IMG/VR virus record: IMGVR_UViG_3300046003_007336
Location: 96,001-160,000 of that record
Length of the DNA stretch: 64,000 nt
From: a virus
Strand: one strand, 5' to 3'
Shown here: in pieces, positions 38,389-46,392 of the stretch
How the letters are laid out: each line of letters starts with the position of its first letter
Numbering within the stretch: position 1 is the first letter of the stretch
Translations under genes and position numbers: made by a program
The notes under the pieces: generated by a model
What the model saw: only the letters and a program-made list of their open reading frames with translations
Told to the model about the DNA's origin: nothing
Database searches by the model: none

Positions 38389-38695
38389 GGCGGATGCCCC
38401 ACGGCTGAGTTTTCGGCTTCACGACCGAGTGGAGTACCGCCATGGTCTCCCGCATCGTGTTCGCCGACAGGCTGTTGACCACGCTGATGATCGCGTCGTG
38501 CAGGAGAATAGGCACGCCGTCGAGGGACCAGCGGGCGATGAGAGAGTGGAACTTCCGCGTCGTCGTGGTCACCTCGTCGTTCAGATCAGTCTCCGTGAGG
38601 ACGACGGTGGTGAACCCGAAACGCCCGACCGTGATTGCGATCTTGGTCACTTCGCCGGTCGGCTTCGTCATCGTGATGGTTGCGGTCTCGGGCAT
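38372..38695 (-). CDS. Hypothetical protein
   Basis: GGAG SD before ATG 38695; TTGACA at 38744-38749. Confidence 0.7.
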   Translation of the reverse strand: MPETATITMTKPTGEVTKIAITVGRFGFTTVVLTETDLNDEVTTTTRKFHSLIARWSLDGVPILLHDAIISVVNSLSANTMRETMAVLHSVVKPKTQPWGIRPTPKK

Positions 38696-38885
38696 GCGCG
38701 ATCTCCAAAATGGTTCAGACCAGCATTGCACATTTGGATTGCGTGTCAAGAAAAGACTGCGACGAGGACCCTATTTAGTCTCGCAACTTTCTTCGAAAGT
38801 CTCCACACATCTCCAAAAAACGGACTCCTAAATACAAGGTGCGGCACACACGACCTAACCTTTCCTCTTACTAGGAGACCTAACA

Positions 38886-39668
38886 GTGGCACGACAAATG
38901 AAGCGCGCTAACGCCAAACGCGCTGACAAGCCTAACCCCCGCGAAGACCGCAACCAGTCCTATGGCCGCCAAGGTCAGCAACAGCGCGAAACCCGCGATG
39001 ACAGTGCTGAATCGATGCGCCCCAAAAAGCGGGTTGAACTCCTCCCACGCAGCGTTGCTCAAGAGGATTACTGTGACGCTCTCCTCGACCCCGACAAGCA
39101 CGTCGTGTTCGCCATGGGCCCCGCAGGTTGCGGAAAAACCCTTCTCGCCACCCAGTATGCCGTCAAGGGTCTCCTCGACGGTAGCTTCGATAAAATCGTC
39201 ATCACTCGTCCGGCCGTCTCGGTCGATGAGCAGCACGGCTTCCTGCCAGGCGGCCTCGTAGAGAAAATGCAGCCGTGGATGATGCCCATCCTGGACGTCT
39301 TCAAAGAACACTTCTCGCCCGCCCAGGTCGCGAAGATGATTCAGAACGAAGTCATCGAGATCGCACCGCTAGCCTTCATGCGTGGTCGGACGTTCAAGAA
39401 CTCCATCATCATCGCCGACGAAATGCAGAACTCAACGACGAGCCAGACCAAAATGGTCCTGACCCGTATCGGCGAGAACTCGAAAATCCTCATCACGGGC
39501 GACCTCAAGCAACACGACCGGGGCTTCGACACCAACGGTCTCAAGGATTTCGTTGAACGCCTTGAGAAGCGCGTCAGCCCATCGATTTCGGTCATCCGCT
39601 TCGGGAACTCAGACGTGGAACGTCACCCCGTCATCGAAGACATTCTCGCCATCTACGGCGACGATTGA
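38886..39668 (+). CDS. phoH: PhoH-like ATPase
   Basis: GPAGCGKT, HGFLPG, PLAFMRGRTF, DEMQN, TRIGENSK; AGGAG SD; TAAATA at 38829-38834. Confidence 0.95.
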   Translation: MARQMKRANAKRADKPNPREDRNQSYGRQGQQQRETRDDSAESMRPKKRVELLPRSVAQEDYCDALLDPDKHVVFAMGPAGCGKTLLATQYAVKGLLDGSFDKIVITRPAVSVDEQHGFLPGGLVEKMQPWMMPILDVFKEHFSPAQVAKMIQNEVIEIAPLAFMRGRTFKNSIIIADEMQNSTTSQTKMVLTRIGENSKILITGDLKQHDRGFDTNGLKDFVERLEKRVSPSISVIRFGNSDVERHPVIEDILAIYGDD

Positions 39669-39691
39669 TCTGCACTGCTTTGCCGCATAGA

Positions 39692-39718
39692 GAGGGCGCC
39701 CTTCGGGGCGCCTTTTTT
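39692..39718 (+). terminator. Intrinsic terminator
   Basis: GGCGCCC-TTCG-GGGCGCC followed by a T-run. Confidence 0.9.
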
Positions 39719-40043
39719 ATAGGACGTCGATGACGTCCCCATCCGCGTCCAGATAGGTGATCGTGTAGCGGGGGTCCGACGTGGACATGCAAGACAGACA
39801 GCAAGCCACTATCTCAACGGTGCCTACGGGGTCCTGGGAGGGGTCCCTGACGGCCTGAATGGTGGTTTGGCATGTCGGGCACCGAACCGTCAACATACAG
39901 TCGCAGCGGGCCGCCCTAGGGGCTCCACAACGCAGGCAGCGGACGTTCTGGTCTATCAGATGATCTATCGGAGTCACGAAATCCTCCAGAATTAAATCAA
40001 GGGCGAGCGGATAGTCAGTCCACTCGCCCTTAGACCTTACCAT
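39717..40043 (-). CDS. Putative zinc-ribbon protein
   Basis: CLRC, CPTC and CLSC motifs; start uncertain. Confidence 0.5.
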   Translation of the reverse strand: MVRSKGEWTDYPLALDLILEDFVTPIDHLIDQNVRCLRCGAPRAARCDCMLTVRCPTCQTTIQAVRDPSQDPVGTVEIVACCLSCMSTSDPRYTITYLDADGDVIDVL

Positions 40044-40380
40044 CCCGCAAAGGATGATTCGGAGGCCTAGATAGGAGGCCTTGAAGTTTTTCGCTTCGGC
40101 GCACCCGTCCGAAGACAGATGTAATGCTTGGTGTCTGAGACGGTCTTCTAACCGCTAGCTGAGTATGGTTCAGCCATTTCCTCCACCACTGAACGCAGGG
40201 GACTCGGACTACATCCAGATCGTCTTGCGACGATCTCGAAGGTTCAATGTGCCGTTCCTCTTGCGAGGGGGCTTGGCTTCCCTTCCTTGAGCCCGAAGCT
40301 CTGGGTTGGGGTGGGTGGCTGCGCGGCCACCGCCTGAACAACTCCTTTCTAGCCAGACCCGATCAGGGGTGCAACTGGAT
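40041..40380. other. Hairpin-dense non-coding tract (candidate structured RNA or replication origin)
   Basis: About ten short inverted repeats in 340 bp; two have GCAA loops when read on the minus strand. Confidence 0.5.
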
Positions 40381-40387
40381 TTTTCGG

Positions 40388-40428
40388 TTATCCACAGGCT
40401 ACGAGTTATCCACAGTTTCTGTGGGCAA
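40388..40428. promoter_or_regulatory. DnaA-box cluster
   Basis: TTATCCACA at 40388-40396 and 40406-40414; inverted 7/9 match TTGCCCACA at 40420-40428. Confidence 0.6.
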
Positions 40429-40998
40429 ATATGCCCACTCTGGGAAACGAAGTTTGAAAGCGATCAGGTCTCCCTGCTTCTCGAAGAAGAGGGTGTGCTG
40501 GGCCGTGACCGCTCCCTTGAAATGCTCGTAGAAACCCCACAGGCCGCCCAGCGGGTTCGTCCGCGTGAACTCGCGATAGATGGTATTGTGATCGACCGTC
40601 GAGAGGTCACGGACCTCGACGCCATAAAAGATTTTCCCCGCTGCCAGCATCTCCTGGTAGCGATCTTCGTTGAGGTAGTTGGTGTTGATCTCGCCTGCGG
40701 GCTGCCAGAATCGGTTGTCCCCCGTGCGGATGCGGGTGTCGCGGCACATCTGGATGACGCGCTTGGCCTGCTTGTAGTCTCCCAATTTGATGTGACGGCG
40801 CACGCTATCCAGCCACTGAAAGCGGATGTGTCGAAGATGGAGGTCGCCGTTCAGGCCGTCCTGGTCTTTACGGTAGTTCTCTTTCTCCGTCCGCATGTGA
40901 TTGAGGTCGCGGTTGCAGCGGTCCCGAATTAGCGCAAGGCCGCGCCGCCCGCGCTCGCGCTTCCCAGCCCGCCATTCTGCTGCGGAGATGAACCTCAT
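40399..40998 (-). CDS. Hypothetical protein, F-x4-D motif family
   Basis: ATGA overlap; FEKQGDLIAFKLRF. Confidence 0.75.
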   Translation of the reverse strand: MRFISAAEWRAGKRERGRRGLALIRDRCNRDLNHMRTEKENYRKDQDGLNGDLHLRHIRFQWLDSVRRHIKLGDYKQAKRVIQMCRDTRIRTGDNRFWQPAGEINTNYLNEDRYQEMLAAGKIFYGVEVRDLSTVDHNTIYREFTRTNPLGGLWGFYEHFKGAVTAQHTLFFEKQGDLIAFKLRFPEWAYLPTETVDNS

Positions 40999-41663
40999 TG
41001 GATATCGTCAATCGGCGGCGTGCGCCACTCTGTCTGGAGCCACCGTTGGTCGGCCCGGCTCTTTTCGTCGAAGTGGTCACTCCCCGCTGTCTCCTCAAAG
41101 GTGAACTCTGAACCGAGTTCGATGTGCTTGAGACGAACGTTAGACCAGCGATAGTAAAAGAGGTCGCGATCATCGAGCCTGAATACGAATGGCCGGATAT
41201 ACTGTTCGGAGATCGAGTATTGACGCTTCTCACCAATAGATGGTGTCACGGTGCCGCGCCAGATGTCGTATATCCGTTTGCCATCCTCGGTAAAGACGGG
41301 GCGGAGGGCGGAGAGGAAATGCCCGGCGATGCGGCCACGAGGAAGTCGGTAGACGCTCTGGGTGGTCTTGGCGTATTCGAACAGCCCCTTGGTCGTTCGG
41401 GACACCACGACGTGTTGTTTTGGAAGAGTGATTGAAAGGGGGATACGGATTTCGTCGCGGTTCCACCGCTCGGCGGCTTCCCGGCCAGTCAGTTCGTTCC
41501 GGTTCTCGGCCACAAGTGGTCCATCGCAGCAATTCGGCCGCGAGCACGAGACCCGCATGTTTATTCTGCTATAACTGTTGCCGGGTGCGAACGCCGAAGC
41601 CAGTCCCGGATAATTGCCGCACCACGGGCAGGCGTTCATCACTGGCTTGATCTTCGGATACAT
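40995..41663 (-). CDS. Hypothetical protein with N-terminal Lar-like zinc ribbon
   Basis: CPWCG...VSCSRPNC...AERWN; promoter immediately upstream. Confidence 0.7.
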   Translation of the reverse strand: MYPKIKPVMNACPWCGNYPGLASAFAPGNSYSRINMRVSCSRPNCCDGPLVAENRNELTGREAAERWNRDEIRIPLSITLPKQHVVVSRTTKGLFEYAKTTQSVYRLPRGRIAGHFLSALRPVFTEDGKRIYDIWRGTVTPSIGEKRQYSISEQYIRPFVFRLDDRDLFYYRWSNVRLKHIELGSEFTFEETAGSDHFDEKSRADQRWLQTEWRTPPIDDIQ

Positions 41664-41669
41664 CTTCCG

Positions 41670-41697
41670 GGTCTACCACACCGAATATACATGTCAA
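41670..41697 (-). promoter_or_regulatory. Host sigma70-type promoter, probably leaderless
   Basis: TTGACA-N16-TAGACC, then 6 nt to ATG 41663. Confidence 0.6.
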
Positions 41698-41731
41698 GCA
41701 AAAGAAAAGGGCCGCCCTTTCGAGCGGCCCC
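41698..41731 (-). terminator. Intrinsic terminator after the major capsid gene
   Basis: GGGCCGC/GCGGCCC stem followed by TTTTCTTTT on the minus strand. Confidence 0.85.
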
Positions 41732-41756
41732 CTCTTACCATCAGTAAGAACTGGTC

Positions 41757-42968
41757 TTAGATGAAGGTCAGGTTGGCGGTGTTGATACCGACCAGACCCA
41801 GGTAGTCAGCAGCGTTACCCAGCGAGTTCGCCGTGTTGGTCAGTTCGACGTAGCCGTAGCGCGTCATGAACGAAACAACCGGTTCCATCGTGTTGGGGTC
41901 GATGACGACGCCCGACGAGGTCAGCGGCACGTAGGGGCAGTAGAACGCGGCGGCGTCCATTTCGTTGCCCTTGTAGCCGACCAGAACCGGGGTTCCGTCC
42001 GAAGCGTACTGGTCAACGTAAACGCGCATCGTGTTGTTCAGGGTGCCGACGAACTTGGTGTTGGTCGGAGCCTCGAACACGCCTTCCGTGGTGCGGGCGA
42101 ACGCCGAAGTGGTCGCCGACTGGAGGACGGTCAGAGCGGTCGGGGAAACGACAACCCAGTTACCGGCGCCACGACGGGTGCGGGCGGCGATCAGGTTGGC
42201 CTGACGGTTGATCAGGATGGCCAGAGCAGCGTGAACGTCACCAACGAAGGTCGGGGTGCCGGTCTTGGCGTTCTGGTCGAACGTCGCGGTCGGAGCACCC
42301 GGCAGGGCGCGCAGCGAGACGAGGATTTCCTGGTCGATCTCGGCGGTGATTTCCTGAGCGAGGGCGCCCATGATTTCAGCCTCGATGTCAATGCCCTGCT
42401 GAGCTTGGGCGTCCTGGGCAGCTTCGAAGGTCCAGCGAGCCGCGAGCTTGCGGGTCTTGGCTTCAACAACTTCCTTCAGGATTTGGATGGAGATACGGTT
42501 ACCCGCACGACCTTCCAGAGCAGCCGTCACAGCAGCCTTCGGGTTGGCGACGTTCTCGTTACCCGAGTAGTAGCGGGCGATGTCGAACGGCGACAGAGCT
42601 TCCGAACCAGCGGTCACGCCCGAGCCGTTCGTGGGAACGGTGTCGGCATAGCGAACGCGCAGGGTGTGGATTTGGGCAACCGGACCCGTCATCGGCTGGA
42701 CGCCGATGATTTCGTTGGCGATGACGGTCGGCATGACGCGGCGGATAACCGGCAGGATGACCTTGTTCAGCGTGGCAACGTTGGCGGCCGAGGTGGCGCC
42801 CGAGGTAGCGGTTTCCATCAGAGCACGGCGGGTGTTATCCAGCACGGTCTCCATGATCTTCTTCTTGTTCGCGTTGAGCGAACCGTCGAAGTTGTGGGTC
42901 AGGTCGTTGCCTTCGCAAAGAGCTTGCTTGGTCGCCTGCCACTGGGATTCAAAAAGGTTCTTAGACAT
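41757..42968 (-). CDS. gp23: Major capsid protein (T4 gp23-like)
   Basis: RRVMPTVIANEIIGVQPMTGP, TRKLAARWTFE, EIDQEI, FYCPYVPL, MTRYG. Confidence 0.97.
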   Translation of the reverse strand: MSKNLFESQWQATKQALCEGNDLTHNFDGSLNANKKKIMETVLDNTRRALMETATSGATSAANVATLNKVILPVIRRVMPTVIANEIIGVQPMTGPVAQIHTLRVRYADTVPTNGSGVTAGSEALSPFDIARYYSGNENVANPKAAVTAALEGRAGNRISIQILKEVVEAKTRKLAARWTFEAAQDAQAQQGIDIEAEIMGALAQEITAEIDQEILVSLRALPGAPTATFDQNAKTGTPTFVGDVHAALAILINRQANLIAARTRRGAGNWVVVSPTALTVLQSATTSAFARTTEGVFEAPTNTKFVGTLNNTMRVYVDQYASDGTPVLVGYKGNEMDAAAFYCPYVPLTSSGVVIDPNTMEPVVSFMTRYGYVELTNTANSLGNAADYLGLVGINTANLTFI

Positions 42969-42989
42969 AGTATAAAATCTCCTAAGGGA

Positions 42990-44234
42990 TTAGTTTTTCT
43001 GAATACCGGCAAGACGGACGACTTGCGCGATATTGGCTTCGATTTCCGGGTCGGTTGCTTGAATGCTTTCGACCAACCGGTTGTTACGTTGGTCACCAGT
43101 GACCACCGCAGCAGGTTGCGCCTTGGTCTCAGAGAGAACCCTGGCAGTCTGCGATTGCATCTTCCGAGCGGGCGCCGATTCGGCGACAACAGGGAGGAGG
43201 CGTTCAAAAGACTTGCGGAGTTGCGCCGTGGGGGTGCTATCCAGCATGCCTTCCATCACAGCCCGCTTTTCGCCACGTAGTGGAGCGAGAAGTTCGGACA
43301 TGATCTTCGCACGTTCCGAGCGGTCTTCGGCCAGACGTGCCTTGCGGACGGCGGCTTCAGAGGCCTTCTCGGCTTCCATGAGACGAGCCTTCGAGGTTTC
43401 GAGTTCGGCCTTTTGGGACTCCAGAATGTTCTGGAGCTTCTTGGCTTCGGTCGAATCGGCGAAGTAGCTGGACATGAACTCGGAGATGAAGGACTCGAAA
43501 ATCTTGCGTCCGAAGTGATTCTGACGGTTGCGTTCGAGGTCTTCGTGGATTTGTCCCATTTCGCGAGTGAGTTGCTCGCTGACGTGACGGTCCAGTTTCC
43601 GGGCGGATTCTTTGATGAATCGCTCCTGAGTTTCCTTCAGGCGACGACGGTTCTCGGTGACCAGCTTGATGCGGGTTTCAACCAGGGCCTTACGGTCGAG
43701 GTCGAATTCTTCAAGCTCACGGCCAAGTTGCTTGACCACGAACTCGTCGATTTTCTTGACGTGCGTGTTGTGTGCTTCCGAAAGCTTGGTCTTGAGGACG
43801 TTGACTTCGTTTGCAGCGGCGACGCGCGCCTCGGCTAGGCTCTTGCGCTCAGCGCGAAGGGCCTTGACTTCTTCTGCCAGTTGAGTGGCAATGAAAGTAT
43901 TTGCGCTCGTGAGTTGTTCATTGATGCGCTTGCGGTAGGTCGAGCGACCTTCAGCCAGGGCAGTTTTGACCGACTCGTGAGCTTCACGCAGCTTGTCCAG
44001 TTCAGCGGACTTCTGCGACTCGTAGGACTTGATTACGTCAGTGATGGCGCAATCCATAGCCTCTACAAGATGGTTCTTGTCGTGTTCGTAGCGTTGAGCC
44101 AGTTCAGAACGAACCGATTCTTCAACCTCTGCGCGGACCTCAGAAACCTTTGCATCAAAGGCTTCTTGCAGCGTCGCGAGAAGTTCCGCAGGGAGCACGT
44201 CCGAACCAAGAATGTCGGTTAGGGTTTTATCCAT
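42990..44234 (-). CDS. gp22: Prohead core scaffolding protein (gp22-like)
   Basis: Long Glu/Leu/Lys-rich coiled coil between protease and capsid genes; TAAATA at 44303-44308. Confidence 0.85.
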   Translation of the reverse strand: MDKTLTDILGSDVLPAELLATLQEAFDAKVSEVRAEVEESVRSELAQRYEHDKNHLVEAMDCAITDVIKSYESQKSAELDKLREAHESVKTALAEGRSTYRKRINEQLTSANTFIATQLAEEVKALRAERKSLAEARVAAANEVNVLKTKLSEAHNTHVKKIDEFVVKQLGRELEEFDLDRKALVETRIKLVTENRRRLKETQERFIKESARKLDRHVSEQLTREMGQIHEDLERNRQNHFGRKIFESFISEFMSSYFADSTEAKKLQNILESQKAELETSKARLMEAEKASEAAVRKARLAEDRSERAKIMSELLAPLRGEKRAVMEGMLDSTPTAQLRKSFERLLPVVAESAPARKMQSQTARVLSETKAQPAAVVTGDQRNNRLVESIQATDPEIEANIAQVVRLAGIQKN

Positions 44235-44365
44235 TGGATTCGAATCTCCTCAGGTGAAATATTTCTCGGGAGGAGAGCATATCGGCCACTCTTCTCTATC
44301 CATATTTACTTACGGGTGATTCAAACCTCTGATTTACTGTCAAAAAACGTGTTTTTCTTTGCCAG

Positions 44366-44399
44366 AAAAGCAAAACCCCTCGGAGAATACTCCGAGGGG
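44366..44399 (-). terminator. Intrinsic terminator after the prohead protease
   Basis: CCCCTCGGA/TCCGAGGGG stem then TTTTGCTTTT. Confidence 0.8.
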
Positions 44400-44426
44400 C
44401 AAGCTATACTCTTTCGAGTGCAGTCT

Positions 44427-45047
44427 TTAGAGCTTTTGAACCCAGTTCAGAAGCTCCTTGTGGAGGTGCTTCTGGGCCTTGGGGTCATCCATAACGGCCT
44501 CAGCAAGTGAGGAAATCATGTTTCCACGGCGGCCCTGCATGGCCTCGTAGACGGCCTTCGGATAAGCATCCGGGGCCGAGGGCTTCGCAACGATATCAAC
44601 GGTGACGATCTCGAAATCTGAGACACGCCCTGAGTCATCAACATCACCTGAACCACGGCTTGAAACGCCGAGCTTGACGCCCGATTCCAAGAGGGTCTTG
44701 ATGATGTTGCCCATCGGCGTCGGCAGAATCTTGAGGCTGCCGTGACCGACGTTGTTCTCCATCCACATCTTGGTGATCATGTGTGAAACACGGTCGATGT
44801 TGATGGTGAGCTTATCAGGGTGATCACACTCGCCGAGAACACTGTCTCCGCGAGAGATGATCGAGTTTACGTCGTCTACTGCCTTTTCGATTTCTCGAAC
44901 CGGGTAAACGCGACCGTTAAGGTTGCGGACGCCGCCCTGGATGAACACACCCTTGAGGGTGAGGCTCTTTCCTTTGCCTTCGCCTTCGTCTTTTGCTTCG
45001 ACGATGACGCCTGCTTGATCAAAGTTTAGTCTTTCTACTAGCAGCAT
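44427..45047 (-). CDS. gp21: Prohead maturation protease (gp21-like)
   Basis: NLNGRVYP, LGECDHP, VSHMI, LGVSSRGSG, VDIVAKPS. Confidence 0.95.
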   Translation of the reverse strand: MLLVERLNFDQAGVIVEAKDEGEGKGKSLTLKGVFIQGGVRNLNGRVYPVREIEKAVDDVNSIISRGDSVLGECDHPDKLTINIDRVSHMITKMWMENNVGHGSLKILPTPMGNIIKTLLESGVKLGVSSRGSGDVDDSGRVSDFEIVTVDIVAKPSAPDAYPKAVYEAMQGRRGNMISSLAEAVMDDPKAQKHLHKELLNWVQKL

Positions 45048-45070
45048 GAGCAGCGTCCTCCCTTACTTGA

Positions 45071-46024
45071 TTACTTCTTGAGACCCGACAGCGGCGAACG
45101 GGTGTTCGGCTTGGAGGTCTTGCCACCAACGCCAACTTCCGAGCCTTCTTTGCTGTTCTTCGGAGCAGCAACCGACGAGAGTGCCGAGTTGGCAGTCTTG
45201 ACGTTGTTGCGACGCTTCTTCAGGTCTTTGACGCCCGGAGCGGTTTCGCGCTCAAAACCAACGTGGTTGGTGGACTTCAGACGAACCGGCTCACCGCCTT
45301 GACGGGCAGCGATGGACTTCTGCGGCAGGGTGGACTTGCCCTGTTGAGCGAAGGTCTTGCCAGCAGCGATTTCCTTGCCATCGGTGGACAGATCGATGTT
45401 GATCTTTTCCAGTTCCGAAACGACCGACTCAGCCAGATCGTCGAAACCTTCTTCGATTTCGTCTTCTGCACCGGCTTCCGGGCCCATGTCGTCTTCGAGG
45501 CCAACGGCAGCAGCAGCGTCGTCAGCTTCCGGCTCCGAACCTTCGGCGTCGAAGCCGAACTGGTCGCCTTCGTCAGCACCGTCGTCGAGACCGCCATCTT
45601 GGCCGAGCATCTCTTCGAACTTGTCGGCCAGACCTTCGAGAGACGCCAGGAGGTCTTCCATGCGCTCTTCGACGTCTTGCGCCGGGGCTTCTTCGCCGCC
45701 CATTTCAGCGGGTTCTTCAACGTCGAAGTTGCCGCCCATGCCATTGGCATCGTCAGCTTCGCCTTCTTCGGCTTCGGCGCCGAACGGGTTGGCATCGGCT
45801 TCTTCGCCTTCACCATCCGTCAGTTCGGACATGTCGGCTTCAGAGAAGTATTCCTCTTCGACGACTTCTTGATCGAAGCCTTCGGCCGAGGGGTCTTCGC
45901 CATTGCGCATCGATTCGTGAATCTGACGGGCACGGGCGACGATGAACTGATGCATCAGTTCTTGAGCTTGTTCTGCGTCACCGTTGAGGTGATGAATCAC
46001 AGCTTGTTCGAGGATAGAGCGCAT
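45071..46024 (-). CDS. Highly acidic prohead core-like protein
   Basis: Asp/Glu-rich; in the head operon; TAAATA at 46069-46074. Confidence 0.75.
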   Translation of the reverse strand: MRSILEQAVIHHLNGDAEQAQELMHQFIVARARQIHESMRNGEDPSAEGFDQEVVEEEYFSEADMSELTDGEGEEADANPFGAEAEEGEADDANGMGGNFDVEEPAEMGGEEAPAQDVEERMEDLLASLEGLADKFEEMLGQDGGLDDGADEGDQFGFDAEGSEPEADDAAAAVGLEDDMGPEAGAEDEIEEGFDDLAESVVSELEKINIDLSTDGKEIAAGKTFAQQGKSTLPQKSIAARQGGEPVRLKSTNHVGFERETAPGVKDLKKRRNNVKTANSALSSVAAPKNSKEGSEVGVGGKTSKPNTRSPLSGLKK

Positions 46025-46121
46025 TTTTTTCTCCCAAAAAGGTTGCTAGACGCATTAGCGTCCTGCTTTATTTAGTTTTGAGAGAAACCGGCGTCAGAAT
46101 AGGCTGCGAAAAGGCCGGTTT

Positions 46122-46367
46122 TTAGAACATACCGCCGCCCATGCCACCGCCATCGGCTGGTGCGCCGTACATGATCGCCAGAAGGTCTTCGCGTTTCATG
46201 TTCTCTAGCGTGCGCAGGGCGCGCATTTTCTTCAGCCTGTTGAGATGACGCAGCGTCAATACGGGTTTGCGGGTGTCGCTAAGCTCGCGTTTATTCAGCT
46301 TGTCTGCGGCGGGGTCGTAATACCCCGTCGAGACGTCTTGTGGGTCATTGAACTCGTTGAGCTTCAT
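46122..46367 (-). CDS. Small head-operon protein
   Basis: GGAG SD; TAAATA at 46390-46395; N-terminus MKLNEF. Confidence 0.8.
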   Translation of the reverse strand: MKLNEFNDPQDVSTGYYDPAADKLNKRELSDTRKPVLTLRHLNRLKKMRALRTLENMKREDLLAIMYGAPADGGGMGGGMF

Positions 46368-46392
46368 GAATGTCTCCAGGCCTCTGGCTTAT

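Noticed and set aside
40165-40210. CTCCACCA followed shortly by GGGG, resembling a permuted two-piece tmRNA junction
   Set aside because: The acceptor stem pairs for only four positions, there is no canonical T-loop, and the tetraloops favour the opposite strand.
40030-40341. 103-codon ORF across the hairpin tract
   Set aside because: The TTG start abuts the AAGGAG with no spacer, and composition and codon use are unlike neighbouring genes; not excluded without Ribo-seq.
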